A stretch of 64,000 bases of DNA from the human T2T-CHM13v2.0 reference genome, Homo sapiens, in NCBI RefSeq assembly GCF_009914755.1, contig NC_060935.1. One strand, 5' to 3'. Made by a program: the position numbers and the translations under genes. Shown here piece after piece: positions 1 to 15,990 of the stretch (its first letter is position 1; the number at the start of each line of letters is the position of its first letter). The notes below the pieces were generated by a model. The model did no database searches and had not been told where the DNA came from. It saw only the letters and a program-made list of their open reading frames with translations.

Positions 1-620
1 GGCGGGCGGGCGCAGGTCCGCGGAGCCAGGCGGCAGGCGCGGTGTGGGCGCCGGGGCTGAATGCGGCCGCGGCCTGGGCTGGGTGGGCCCGCGGCTCTCG
101 ACCCGGGACTCGGGGGGCGGGGGCGGGGCCGGCGGAAGAGCGCTGGTCGGGGCGGGGGCTGCATGGTGGAAGGGGAGCCGCTCCCAGGGCCAGGGGGCGC
201 GGAACCGCCTACCCCCACCCCCTGAACCGCGGCACAGAGGAGGCAGCGGGGTGTGTCACCGCTCAGGCGACCCTCGGCTCCGACGTCGTAAATCCAGAAA
301 ACCGGGACTCGCATGAGGCGGGAGAAGGCACTGGAGCGATGCCACTTTGGGGGGCGGGGAGCGGGCTGGAGTTTCGGCCGAGATTTGTGTTAAAAGCTCA
401 GAGCTTCAGCCGCTCGCACAGGTCCTTCCTCCTCCCCCACAACACTGGTGGCCGGGTCGGAGTGAGGGTCGGGCCGGTGGGGGGCGTGGGCCCCCAAATT
501 TTCGTTGGGCTCCGGCTGCTAGTCCCGCGCAGTGAGCCGAGACGGTGGGACAGGCGCCCGCTGCGCCCCGCTTGCCCTTAAAGCAGAGGTGGGATCGGGT
601 CTCACCTCTGCTAGAAACGC
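1..620. promoter_or_regulatory. OVOL1: CpG island, 3' part of the OVOL1 promoter/exon 1 island (start of intron 1)
   Basis: Very high GC and CpG density with several GGGCGG boxes; lies upstream of OVOL1 exon 2, and exon 1 is not in the window. Confidence 0.85.
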
Positions 621-1524
621 ACTTCCTTCACCTTGCGGAGGGCACAATTGCATGGAAAGCAGCTGCAGGGAGCCCACCCCACAGCGGAGGGCCAGGCCCG
701 GGGAAGCTGGTGTACCCAGTTATTTTTGGCAGACGCCTAGACAGCGTCGACTGTGAGAGTTGCTTCTTCCTCCAGCGGCATCTTCCCCTGAACGCCCCAA
801 GAACACTCCTACCCCTTCTGTCCTCCCCCACCCCCAACAAAGTCTTTGGTCTGGAGAAAGCCTGCTTCCTTCCGAACGCCCCCTCCCCAGGCCTTGGGGG
901 CGGGGCGTGGACGCTCTGAACGCCCAGCCCAGCCCCTCCGAGGGGGGAGGGGAGGAGTAATTAACCAACTGACTTTGACCCTTGATCTGCAGACTCCCTG
1001 GCACCGCCCCAGGCCTTGTAGGAAAGTGGGGAAATGAGGGCAGCAGTGAGGGGCCCCGTGAGGGCTCTTGCTCAGTTTCCCTCCTGAATAAGCTGTTGGA
1101 GACAGTGTCCTGGTGAGGTCTTTGTGGCCTGACCTTCCAGGACCCAGTGGCCTGTGGCGCTGGCAGGATGTTTCACAGCTTAACCTGATCTCAAGGGGAC
1201 CCCTCTTCCACCGTTCCTTAAAACAAGGGAATGTGCCAGAAGACCCTGGTAACCCCAGTGGGGAAACTGAGGCAAAAAGGGAAGTGAGTGGCCTCCCCAC
1301 CTGAGGCAGATTAGGGTGTGGGCTCAGAATTCTGTGTATAGCTTCTTGCTTGGCCACACTCCCTGGTGAGCTGGCTGGTTCTCTACCTGGGGGTTGGTGG
1401 GGGCACGCAGAGGGCCAGAGCCCCCTCCCCGCTCCGCCCTCCGCCCTCCACCCTCACCTGTGTTTGACTTGCTGCTTAGCTGCTCCTTGGGATCTGATAA
1501 ACTGAACTTGGACCGTGGTAAAGG

Positions 1525-3340
1525 TGAGCTGAGCCCTGAGCCAGGCTCAGTGTGCTGTTATTTTTAGTTTTATTTCACATCCCAATCAGTAACAGATCAT
1601 GTGTTGATTTTTACAAAGGACAAAGAAATTCCGTTGGTTGAAATCATTGACTTCTTTTTGTCCTAGCTATTTTCTCTGCCACACTTCCAGTGGCCACAGT
1701 GGAAGTGGCAGGGGAGAGGTATGCCCCAGGGGCTTCCTGTCAGGTGCAGGAGAGGGCCTCTGGGTGGTCCAGGCCACCCGCTGGCACCATCCAGGTGAGG
1801 GAGACCTGCCGGCTTCTCTGTAGGCTCCTCCAGGATGTGTGGCGGGAGTCCAATCTCAAGGATGAAGGGAGAATTTGTCCTCATCCCCATGGCAAGGAGA
1901 GAATCCTGTGGGTCAAGTAAAGGGTAGAAGATAGAGAACTTAATTTTACCTCTGAAAGTCATGTGGCCCACTGGAGAGTTTTCCCACAGTTTTTGGCAAT
2001 GAGAAAGGGACTGTCCTCAGTCCACGCTCGGGTGCCTCAGATGGCTGGAGAGTGGGGGTGCGTTTTGTGCTGGCCTGTCCCCTGGCTGGGCCATTCCATC
2101 ACCAGCCAACCATGACCCCAGAGCCAGCTGGGCACGTTTCCGTTCACCTCACAGATTCCTGGTAAGTTGTGACCAGCTAAGCGTTGACCCCATTTCCAGT
2201 GGAGGGCCCAGGAATGTGGGAGTGTTTGAGTTCTGACCTTCCTGCCAGGTTCCTCTGAGACCCTCAAAGCCTCCCAGAAGGTTTTGGGAGAAGGTTTTAC
2301 AGGCCAGAGACACTGGTCCCCAGCCCGACAGCACTGATTCCAGGGCCCCAGTTTGACAATCCCATCAGCCTCTCTCCCCAAGGCAGAATTCTAGAGCTTC
2401 TTACTCCCGGGGCAGAATCTTTCCCCTGGGAAGAGGTGAAGATGGTTGCAAGCACCCTGGAGATTTGAAAGGATTACTGGCTAGGAAGCCACCTTGAACC
2501 GCTCCCCCACCCACCCCCCCAACCACCCTCCCCTCGCCTTCCTTTGTTATGTCAATATTGACTTGGAGTGACAGGGAGTAATGCTGGTTCCTTGAGGATA
2601 AACCTAGGCACCTGTACCCAGGGGGTAAATTCTACCTCCTGGACCCACCAGGGAAGGGCTCCAGGAACAGGGTTGAAGCTGGTTCCCCCGAGCCCCACCC
2701 CATGCTGAGTGAAATCTCCAGGCCAGGAAAGGACCTGAGGACAGACTGAGGCTGGAAGCTGGAGTCAAGGAGCATCCCAGGGCCTCTCCCAGGCCTCCCA
2801 CCACTGCTTCCCAGCCTCCCCTCTGTCACTGGGCTGGCCACAGTCTGCTCTGCCACTCGCCTGGTGGACACTCGAGCTCAGGGAGGCCAGCAGGCTGGGC
2901 GGTGGGACACTGGAGCTTCCTTCAAGGAATGTGGTCCAGCCTGGCTCTACCACTAGGTAGTGTGGGCACTTGGGCAGATCTCTTTCCAGCTGGTCAGGAA
3001 AGCTGAGAGTGAGCTTTGGGGCCCAAGGATGTGTCGGGAGTGAGGATAGTGAGAGCTCCGGCCTCTGATGGGATGGTTACCCTGTAGTCATTCCTGGGCC
3101 GTGTTTGGCAGCGAAGGAGATGTTTGCTGTGCTTGCCAGGGAGCGGGGCTGGGAGAGTGGACAGCCACACAGTGGACAGAGACAGAAGAGCAGCATGGGC
3201 CTGGGCAGCCAGCTAGATGAGACTCCTACCTGTCCCCTGGGATCCTGTCACCCAGGCTGCTAGGCTGTCTGTGCTGAGCTTGGGTGTCCCGAGGCGGAAA
3301 CCTGGCAGATGATTTGTCTCAGAAAGAACAGGTGAGGGCG
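1525..3340 (-). ncRNA. Possible antisense lncRNA in OVOL1 intron 1 (OVOL1-AS1-like); boundaries approximate
   Basis: Minus-strand AATAAA at 1574-1569 and a donor-like AG|GTAAAA near 1950. Existence and extent rest on my recollection of an annotated OVOL1 antisense RNA and cannot be shown from sequence alone. Confidence 0.35.
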
Positions 3341-6300
3341 AGTCCTTTGGCTGCAGGGAGGATGGCGAGGGAAGCTGGCCATGGGTGAAGTCGGGGCTCC
3401 TTTGTATCATCGGCCATTTCAACAAGTCCTGGATGGAGTCCCACAGAGGCACTGGGCCTGTGCCTGGCTGGGTGGGGGCTGCAACAGGAAGCACTGCTCC
3501 CACTGTTCTGGGCGGGCACCCTGGCGCGAGGGCCGAGGCACAGTTTTAACTTCTTTGTGGATACCCAGTGAAAAGCGGTTGGGAAAGAGGGAAAATACAC
3601 TGTCTGAGGCGACCTGTGGCAGTTCACAGCGTGGAAACAGAAGGCCAAGAGACTGGCCCATGCGTTACCGGGCCGGCCTGCCTCTGGCTGGTGCTGGGTC
3701 CTTTTGGATGATTGCTAGCTGACCTATGGGGACCAGAGGAGATGGGCACGGGGGGCACCAGCCCTTCCTGATAAGGGTGCAAGGCTGCTGAGAACCAGCT
3801 GCACTGTGCTGACATGCTGGGCCCCCGTCTCACCTTCAGAACTGGGCTGACCCCCATGTTCTGGGGCAGCACCCATGTGGTCAGTGGGGCCCAGGAGGGG
3901 GTCATCCTTGCATCTGCTTCACTTACTCTCCCCAGAGAGCCAGGGACAGGCCTCATGCCCAGCCCTGTCCTGAGGCCTTGGATGGGGGGACCCGGCACTT
4001 TCCCCAACATCTGGGCCAGCAGCTTTCCATCCAAGAGATGGAGGACTTACAGAGGCCAAGGCAGGAGACAGGCCTCGATGGGCAGCTGCCCTGGACACAG
4101 TCCCTCGGTGTCCGTGCCTCTGCTCTGAGCCTGGCCCTCAACATTGTCCAGGTAGAGGCAAGTAGGGCCAGCAGGAGGGGACCCATAAGCCCCCAGGCAG
4201 TAGGAAGAGGGCCAAGCTAGTTTGGCCTTGCCATACTCCACAGCTGTGGGCGGGTGATGAGTAGTCATAGCGCCACCGCCTTGCCGGAAACATCTAATTA
4301 GGGACAGAGAGCACCACAAGCAGGGCCCAACCAGTTCTGCTTCCTGCCTCCTGCCACTCAGCGACACTCAGTGCCAGGTGGCACGCCAGTGTGCACTCCC
4401 TGTGCGTGTGGCCGCAGAAGGGACACGCTCATGGGGGTGGCAGGGAGACAGGTTTGGCAGGGTGGGTGGGATGAGGCAAACATCCCCACCCTGGCAGCGG
4501 GTGGCCGCCCATCCAGCCTCCTCTGCCCCTCGCTCAGGGTGGAGGTGGACCAGAGAGCCAAAGCAGGCAGGCCCACTCCCTGGCCCCGGTCTCCCAGCAC
4601 CAGCTCAGCCAGGTTTGTGTGGAACAGCAGAGGTGGGCAAAGGACACAGGTCTCCTCCCAAATGCATGGATCTCAGGACCCTAACCATGAGCCTCCCCTC
4701 TCGTGGAGCAAGGCAGCCCAGAGCAGCCACCCTTGTGGGCTCAGCCCGTCCCTCACCTGCTGTCTCCTGCCCTGCTGTGGTGCAGCTGGGGGACCTCGCT
4801 CACACCATCCAGTACTAACAGGCAGAGGAGGGTAGAGGTTCCTGTTTGTCTCCACCTGGATTGAGAAATGAAAACTGTCATCCAGCTTTGAATTCTCAGC
4901 CAAGGTCTCCAATAGCTGGTGAGCCTGCATCAGAAGTTCACCATCGCCCCTGCCCACCCCCAGCCCTGTGGGCACAGACAGCTCCTGCGGCAGGGGAACA
5001 GGCCTGGGTAGACAGCCAGACCCCGACGACTTGAGCCTGACACTCAGACTCAGAGAAAGGTGCAATGCCAGCCCAGAGGCCAGGCCGGGGCCAGGCGCTG
5101 GTGAATCAACCCTAGGAATGAGGTGGCTCATTAAAGGTCCCCGGACAGACGGACGCCAGTGCCTGCAGGACGGGTTCTGGGCGGCGGCGGGTGCATTCTT
5201 CTCTCTCAGACCTTTGTTGTGTTTTGAGGGGGCGAGAGCTGGGGCCTCTCCCGAAACTTCAGCACTGTCAAACGCACCCTTGCTCCACAATCACATTTCT
5301 CTGCTTCCCCCATGTCCCTGTCCTCCTGGGAGAAGAGGTGAGGGCGGCAGCCCTCCTGCCCAGGCCCAAGCCCGTTCTCTGTCTCGCCGGCTGTGGGATG
5401 GCAGGGTGCACAGGGCCGTGCTCCTGCTTCTGCAATCCCACATCAGCCTCCCTCGGAAGCTCACTTATCCTTTTGGTCATAGGCCCCTCGTGATTTTTCC
5501 TTCTGAAGCTTGGAAGATGTCCTTAGCTTACAGGTTTCAAGTACTGAGCTCAGGCTCTTTGGAAGAAAAATATTAAGTTGAAAAATTTGCCCCGGCTCTG
5601 TTGGCTTTGAGAATTGCCTGTCTGTGTCCCTCGAGAGTGCTCTCTTTCTGGTCCTCTCTAGTCAGCACTGGGCTCAGGGTCTGAAGCCAAGCCTCCCCGG
5701 CCCGTTCGGTGTGAGGTGTCTGCCTCGGGGCGTGGCTGCATCCAAGGGCTGCCAGGTATCGGTGCTGCCGCTGCTGAGGGAGCCCAGCCCGACATGCCCC
5801 GGCGAGCGGTCCTGCCGAGGGGGAGGGTTGCATAAGCCTGGGCAGGCTGCCGAGACTGTTAGGCTGCATCCACCTGCGGCTCCCTGACCTCCTCCCTGTT
5901 CCACCCACCTGGCCTGTTTCCCTGCAGAGCTGGGACCAGCTGGGAGTGGAGAGCCTGGAGCCCTGGGGTGCAACAGCAGGGACCGGCCTGCTGGGGTGGG
6001 GGTGGGAGGCAGGGCTAGGACCACCCAAACCCCCAAGGCCAGCAGCCAAATCTGTTGGAGAGGCCTGGAGTGGCCCAGACCACCAGGGACCCTTCTGATG
6101 AGGCTCCAAGAGCTGTCCCTGGGCAGAAGGTCTCCACTGGTGCCCTTTGTCCCTGCAGGAGAGTGGATGAGGCCTGGAATTCAGAGGGACCAGCCCAGGT
6201 GGGGCAGGCAGAAAACTCCGGAGGGATAATTGGCAGGGCAGTTCGGTCCTCCCAGTTCCGCTAAGACACAAATTACTCAGCGGGCAGTGGCGCTTGGCTG

Positions 6301-6498
6301 GCATCACCTGCAATTACCTTAATAGGGCGGGAAGGCGGTGCAGCAGTGGTGGTCGGGGCAGCCCCGCTCTGCTGCATGCCTGCGATGGGAGGGACGGAGT
6401 CTCCAGGTTCCAGCCGTCTCATGGCTAGGGAAGTTTCCAGAAACCCGCTGGACCCTCTCTTCTCCACCAAGCCTCTCACCTGTCTGTTCTCTCCCCAG

Positions 6499-6716
6499 TC
6501 AGCCTGGGCTTCTGCCCACCACAGCCCTACCGGGAGCCGGAACCCTCTGTGGCCGAACCCCCTTCCTGCCCGCTGGCTTTGAACATGAGCCTTCGAGACT
6601 CTAGCTACAGCATGGCCCCCGGGCCCTGTGTGGTGGCCCAGCTGCCCTCTGAAGACATGGGCCACTTGACAGACCCCCAGAGCAGAGACCATGGCTTCCT
6701 GCGCACCAAGATGAAG
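6499..6716 (+). CDS. OVOL1: OVOL1 coding exon 2 (218 nt; SLGFCPPQPYREPEP...FLRTKMK)
   Basis: Acceptor ttctctccccag|TC, donor AAG|gtaatg; translation matches the OVOL1 N-terminal region; phase 1 in, phase 0 out. Confidence 0.97.
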
Positions 6717-6804
6717 GTAATGCCACTCGCGCTGTCTCCGAGGGCCGGGGGCGTGCATGTAGACCTGCGTCCAGCTCATGAGACATGGCACAAATGAGAT
6801 GTAG

Positions 6805-7335
<531 letters not shown>

Positions 7336-7513
7336 TGAGCTCATCAGTTAGGAGTTTTGATTTGAGAGTCACTCGGGAAGTTGGTGTTGGACAGGCCTCC
7401 GTCCATCCCTTGGCCCTAGAGGCAGGGGTCCTGTCCTTTCTGTGTCTGGAAGCAGCCGACAGCCTCTGAAGTCCCTGCCAGGTCTCTGATGCTGGCCCCT
7501 GTCCTCCCCACAG

Positions 7514-7809
7514 GCGTGCGGCCCTACAAGTGCAGCCTGTGTGACAAGGCCTTCACGCAGCGCTGCTCTCTGGAGTCTCACCTCAAGAAGATCCATGGTG
7601 TGCAGCAGAAGTACGCGTACAAGGAGCGGCGGGCCAAGCTGTACGTGTGTGAGGAGTGCGGCTGCACATCTGAGAGCCAGGAGGGCCACGTCCTGCACCT
7701 GAAGGAGCACCACCCTGACAGCCCGCTGCTGCGCAAGACCTCCAAGAAGGTGGCCGTGGCACTACAGAACACTGTCACTTCCCTGCTGCAGGGCAGCCCC
7801 CACCTGTGA
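7514..7809 (+). CDS. OVOL1: OVOL1 last coding exon (zinc fingers 3-4, stop TGA 7807-7809)
   Basis: ccccacag|GC GTG CGG CCC; encodes YKCSLCDKAFTQRCSLESHLKKIH...LYVCEECG...QGSPHL*. 218+190+296 nt plus a 100-nt exon 1 CDS gives 267 aa. Confidence 0.98.
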
Positions 7810-8460
7810 GTGGCTCGAGCCCTGGGGGTGCTCCTGGAAGCCCCAAGAGCATCCAGGATTGCCTCCCAGCTGCCTGGCCAGCCCACCCTCCTGCAACCTC
7901 TCACCCGAACACCAGTGATCAGGACTGGAGCCCCCGTGCCTTGGTCTCCCCCCTGGGCACACGTGCTCACTCAGGCCCAGCAATGACCTCTGCTCATTTT
8001 TGCATTTTTGACTTATGGGCCGAGGCTGTTCTGAGCCTGGGAAGATGTACCTATGTCAAGAGAAGGGATGAGGCCAAGGCTGCCTTCAATTAGAAGCAGC
8101 CGCCCACAGAGACAGGCACTGTGTGCCTGGCAGCAGGACTTCCTACCCAGAGGAGGTTCGAGCTAGGATCCCACTGCCCCCGCCTCTCAGCACAGGGCAG
8201 GGGCTGCAGGTCCCCAGTGGACATCAGAGTCAAAAGCACTGGCAAAGGGTACCCCTGCAAACAACTGTGGTGGGGGCTGGCAGCAGACCCCCCACCTGGC
8301 AGGGCTTCTAATGCTCAGGGTTCTGGAGGGCTCTGTCCTTCCGGCAAGGAGAGGCACACATGTGTGCCCAGCCGTGTGTGTGCGTGTGCTTGTGTGTGTG
8401 CACTGCTGTGTGTGTGTGCACGCACAGGAAGCCTTTCCACATATCACCTCATTTCTAAGA

Positions 8461-8466
8461 AATAAA
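8461..8466 (+). terminator. OVOL1: Proximal poly(A) signal AATAAA in the OVOL1 3'UTR
   Basis: Canonical hexamer with a T-rich tract at ~8486-8506. Confidence 0.55.
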
Positions 8467-9663
8467 CTACAAGGTGCCAAGAAGGTTTTATTTCCTTTTA
8501 TTTTTTAAAGATGACAAATGTACAGATGTTAATATATTTTTGGTGCCAATGGCGATGTTTTTAAGAGTGGGATGGAGCTGGCTTTTCTCCATTCCCGTGC
8601 GCTTCTATTTATCCTGGACATTTCAAACCTCCTCTGTGCCTTGGCTCTGGGCGGGGGCTGCCCCAACCCACCCCCGTTCTTTGTACGTGCTGAGACAGCC
8701 ACTAGAAGATCTTCCTCCAGCGGCGCCCTGGACGGCTGCTCCTGCGAACAGCCCATGGCATCTTCTGCTCTTCCCTCCCGGCTCTGCCCTGCACATCCTG
8801 TTGAGCCAAGCCCCAGTGACCCGGAGAGCTGGCCTGATGCTGAGAGTGTGTCCTCCTGGGGCTTTAGGGGGCAGGAAGGTGGGACGAATGACGATGCCCA
8901 TCCACTACCTGAAGCACTAGGACACTCTTGCAGGGCCAGGCTGGAAGACCGGCCCTTTTCTTGGTTGAGTCAAAAGCCTTAGCACAGTGGCAAAAAATGG
9001 GACAGAATGATGACCAGCACCTCAGAAACTTCCAGAGGGAGGAGAGGATTTGATGGCTACCAAATTGTATCTGTTGCCTTTTTTCTGACTTTTTCACCTG
9101 ACCAGGCTGGGGTTTGGAGTGGCTGTGGGGAGACCCGTCCTGGCTGGCTGGCTGGCTCCCTTGCTCCCTTGCTGCAGCTGGGAAAGGGGTTCTGGGTGTA
9201 AAGAGGTGTGCGTCTTGTGGGCCAAAGGGAAAAACAGGCAGGGGTCAGAGCCAGCCTGCCAGAGGCAAATGCAAAAGAGGTCCCCAGAACACAGCCAGCT
9301 GGGCAGCCCCTTAAAGCCAAACCCCACCTGAAGCAGAACCACTTTGGCCTCCCCTGCCCAAAATGGGTAGTGTCTACACGTCCCCGGGCTCAGGCTCAGG
9401 CCCAGCCCTGGGCTGACCTGAGAGGAAGGCTCCTTCCTGGACTGCCCTCTGAAATGTGTATAGATTGATTCTAAAATCTCTTGTTTCACTTGACTTTAGA
9501 GTGTCTGGGACGCTGCTGTATTCTGAAAGTCACATAGCACACAGTAATGTTATCTGGAAGCTCTGTTTTTGTTTACATTTCTGTATCCCTGGGTTGACTG
9601 CCAATCCGAGGCCGTCATGAAGCTCTGTGTTGTCTGTTTTATTTTATAACCTTCCTCTCAACT

Positions 9664-9669
9664 ATTAAA
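9664..9669 (+). terminator. OVOL1: Distal poly(A) signal ATTAAA of OVOL1
   Basis: T-rich upstream element and downstream tgttttctgtgttt...tgtttttgtc. Confidence 0.75.
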
Positions 9670-10106
9670 ATTAGAGATCTAATGTTTTCTGTGTTTCCGA
9701 TGTTTTTGTCTTATGGGCCCCTTTTTCCCCATGCAGAGAAGTAATGGAAACAATTGACACATTCTTATCCAAACCCTTCCTCGTTACGGTCACTGGGGGG
9801 CCCTGGTCAAGACAAGAGCCTGGCCCAGATAGCTTAAGTGACCTGCCCAGGGCCTCAGACAGTCACTGCCTGCTGAGTCCTGGTTTAGCATGCTCTGCTC
9901 TCAGCAGCGGCAGCAGCGGGGCACCCTGAGCTCCATCCATCAGCCTCATACTACCCTGCATCTACCTCTGCCAGGCCGAGACCGCCAGGCTTTATGTAGT
10001 CACCCGGGGATCCAGTCTTGGCCTCCCAGGACCCTCCCAGGGTTAGACCACAGAAGGAGCCACAGTCCCAAAAAGAGGGTGCAAAGCTCACATCACTTCT
10101 GGTCAG

Positions 10107-10492
10107 ACACTTAGGGACGGCCACACTCTGTGTCCACACACCTAGGGACAGCCATATGCTGTGTCCATGCACCTAGGGATGGCCACACCTGTGCCCACGC
10201 ACCTAGGGACAGCCACACTCTGCATCCAGGCACCTAGGGACAGCCACACTCTGTGTCCACGCACCTAGGGACGGCCACACCTTGTCCACGCACCGAGGGA
10301 CAGCCACACCTGTATCCACACACCTAAGGATGGCCACACCTGTGTCCACGCACCGAGGGATGGCCGCACCTCTGTCCAGGCACCTGGGGAGAGCCACACC
10401 TGTGTCCATGCACCGAGGGATGGCCACACCTGTGTCCAGGCACCCAGGGACGGCCACACCTGTGTCCATGCACCGAGGGACGGCTGCACCTG
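10107..10492. repeat. Minisatellite, ~30-bp unit (gcacc[t/g]aggga[c/t][a/g]gccacacctgtgtcca[c/g/t]), ~13 copies
   Basis: Visible tandem units; 10-aa periodicity in overlapping ORFs (e.g. VSTHRGTATP). Confidence 0.92.
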
Positions 10493-11937
10493 CACAACCC
10501 TTGTGCTGTGCCATGCACACTCAGAAGTGTGTTATGTATATTGGCTCACTTGACTCAACTCGCTTCTGAGGCAGGTTCTGTGACCACCCCCACCCTGGCA
10601 GACAGAATTTGGGTAGCTGACACAGTGTCTCACAACTGACCAGCAGTGGAGCTAGGCTGCCACCCGCCTGGCCTGGCCCAGGGTCTGCTCGGTAACTGCT
10701 CACGCTATGGATGGAGAAAGCAGGAAGGGACGTAGGGTCCCTCTAGGCAATTCAAACTAGGAAATTTGGAGCTTGCCTGGCTTTCCCTATCGCTTACCAG
10801 GATTGCTCTGGGAGACTGATCTCTTTGGGGGCCCTGGTCCCTGGGTCCCAATTCGTGTTTTCCACCATGGCCTGGCCAGATGGATAAGAAAGCTACAGGT
10901 CTGGGACGCTGGTCTTGTTCCAGGAGGCGTGGGAAGGGTTGGTACCAGGCGCTGTGAGGCGAGGGAAGACATCCTTTTCCAAGGCTCCCTGTAGCCGCCC
11001 ACAGGACTAAAAAGGGCCCCAACCAATTTTCTGTCTCTAAATAGCTGGCCATGAAGGATTTCTCTTATCCAGAGAGGCCTCTCTGTGAAAGGCCAACTAA
11101 ATCCCATTTCCTATCCCAAGACGTGCATCCCGCTGTTGGGAACCCAGGGGACTACCCACCACATGAACTTCAGGAGGCAGGACAGCCTCCAGGAAGCAGG
11201 GGCAGTGTAGGGGTGGAAGAGGCTCCCTCTGAGCCTCTGTACTCCCTCCCATGCCTCAGATGAGCTCAGGTGGGTGCCGTGCCCTGTGCCACCCAGAAGA
11301 GCTCTTCCCTAGCAGGGCGGGGCCAGTCACATTTCCAGGCCCAGAATATTCTCCAGGCTCTGTTGGATTGTAGCTGTGAGGGAAATGAAAAGTGTACAGG
11401 GCTCTGCTGACTGGGAAAAAGAGAGGAGATTATCTAACCCAGAACAAATGGCGTGGCCAAACTACAAACACTATGGAACCCAAAAGCAGTCTTTTGCATC
11501 AGAAAGAACAAAGGCTTCTTGGAAGAGGTGGGTCTGCGGCTGGGCTGGAAGAACAGGAGGATGTGAGTAGAACAGAGGAGGAGGTGTTTCGGGGAAGGAA
11601 AGTGGGCTCAGACACCAGGGGAGATGAGCGAAGCCAGGAGCGGGGTGGAAGGCGTCCCTGTTTCCACTAAAGCCGATGCCTCTTCATTCAGCCAGTCACA
11701 CTGTAGGCATTTTTCTAGTCCCGCCTAGGTGTCAGGAAGAACTGGTAACTATACAAGATTCTGAGACACAGGAGAACTGGGGGATGTAGCCAGACAGCCT
11801 TATCAAGGATGAACGGAGAGTCCTATTTTTATACCTAAAAACAAAGCAACCAAGGGCAGGGTGGGAAAAGCTTTACAACAACAGTAAGTGCCATTAAGAT
11901 TTATATTCTATCTTGGAATATTTTCCAATATATATAT

Positions 11938-13540
<1,603 letters not shown>

Positions 13541-14492
13541 ATAAAAACTCTTGAAGACACTTGCTGGCAAACTGGCAGAGGTGAGGAGGCTAAAGGCTGG
13601 GAGGTTGCCCTGCAGGAGGGGCCAAGGGCGGGGAGGCCAGGAGAGCAGTGCAGGCAGCTGGAGACTTCCAAGCACCCCATGCCCCAGCTGCTGGGAACGG
13701 CTGGAGGGCTGCTGGCCTGGCTGGGGGTCATTTGCTGGGACTCACTAAAGGGACCTAATTCTGGCACTGCAGGTGGGACACAGCCACAAAATCTCCTAGC
13801 CACAAAATCCTCTAAGGTCAAAGTGCGCTGGCCGTGATTTCCAGGCCTGCTCATCAGATCCAAGAAGGCAGAGCCAGGGAGAAAATGCTGCTGAGCTGAG
13901 TGGGATGGAAGAGACAGCCGAGCAGACAGCAAGACCTGCAGCAAGGTGGCTCCCTGCACTGAACCTGGACTCGCCACGGGCAGGCGCTCCCCTCTGATCC
14001 TCTCACTGTCCTCTGGGTCCACTCCCTCGGGCGATGGCAGCCACCTGACCCAGGATGTCCCGCTCTTTTCACAGCCAAATCTCTCTTCCTGAGCTCTGGA
14101 GTCTGTCTGGCTCCTGCTCTCCCACCTTAGGCTCCAGGGCCTGGCTCTTTCAGTCCCTACAACCAACCAGTCAGCTCCCAGTTCACCGCCCTCCCCCAAC
14201 ACCCCAGCTCTCCCAGGCAGAGGTGGCATGGAGGCAGCGGAGGCGGCAGGCAGGCTGCATGTGGGGGCTCAGGTACCTCGCCCCTGTGGGGCCCATGCCA
14301 GGGGTAGGTTGACTCAAGTGTGGAGATCGGGGTCTTGGGCAAGGGCGCTCCTTTGTGACTTAGATCTTCCAGGCTCTGTTTCCTGATTGTAAGAGCTGGG
14401 TATCAGTGCCTGATTTCCTCCGTTCCTCACTTTCTGTCTGTGACATGATTCCATACAATCCTACTTTGATCAATCTTTTAAAATAGAAAAAA

Positions 14493-15160
<668 letters not shown>

Positions 15161-15269
15161 AGACCAAGAGTTCTTGGGGCAAGATTTGGCTTTGGGGCCA
15201 GAAGTAAATAGTCCTGTAATAGCAGCTAATCACGACTTGCACTACCTGAGCTCCTACTACGTGTCAGGC

Positions 15270-15990
15270 CGAAGCCTCTGACATCATCTCTAGTCCCCAA
15301 AACAACCCTAGGAGGTAGCTATTATTGTTGCTATCTTTAGACAAAAAAACTGAGGCTCAGGGAAATTAACCATCTTGCTCAAGGTCACACGGTGAGCAAG
15401 TGGTGAAGCTGGGCTCTGACCTGACGCCTGCTAGACTCTAAAGTTTGGGCTCTTGTCTCTCAGGTCCTCAAGTGCTTATGAAACTCCTTCCCTTTCAGTT
15501 CTTCATTTTGTCTCCGAACATTCGGTCTCTGCACCCACTCTGTGCCGGGGCGGTGCTCAGGTTTTGAGGGTGCAAAGATGCCTAAGATGACCTCCGTCCA
15601 GAAGGTCACCTTCGAGTGGGGGAAACAAATATGGCCCAGTCCAGGCAGCGGAAGAGGAGGGTGAGAAGTGGAGACTGGAGGGGGCCAGGCTGCCCCAGGG
15701 CACAGAGACTCCACCACCACAGACTCCACCCTCCAGCAGGAATCTCTTGAGCTCCCGAATGTCACCCCATGTCAAGACAGTTGAGAAAAGACAAAGGAGG
15801 AAGAAATACTAACACGGGTGGGCACCTACCTGCCATCTGTCTGGCATATTGCACATGGCATCTCATTTAATCTTCCAGCAACCCTGAGAGGCTGGCACTG
15901 TTACTGTCACTTTCTAGACAAGGGCAGTCAAACCTAAAGAAGTTAAGAAACAGCCAAGGTCAGCCCACGTTCCCTGCAGAGCGGAGTGTC
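15270..15990. mobile_element. MIR fragments (~15270-15450 and ~15840-15990)
   Basis: MIR core-like text: aaactgaggctcag...ttgctcaaggtcacac; tctcatttaatcttc..caaccctgag. Confidence 0.7.

Larger units (their letters stand above)
7810..9690 (+). other. OVOL1: OVOL1 3'UTR
   Basis: Follows the stop codon; ends after ATTAAA (9664-9669), which is followed by a GT/T-rich downstream element. Confidence 0.8.

Noticed and set aside
1-6498. AHR response elements and OVOL autoregulatory sites in intron 1
   Set aside because: 5-6 bp cores occur at chance frequency; cannot be supported without ChIP or conservation data.
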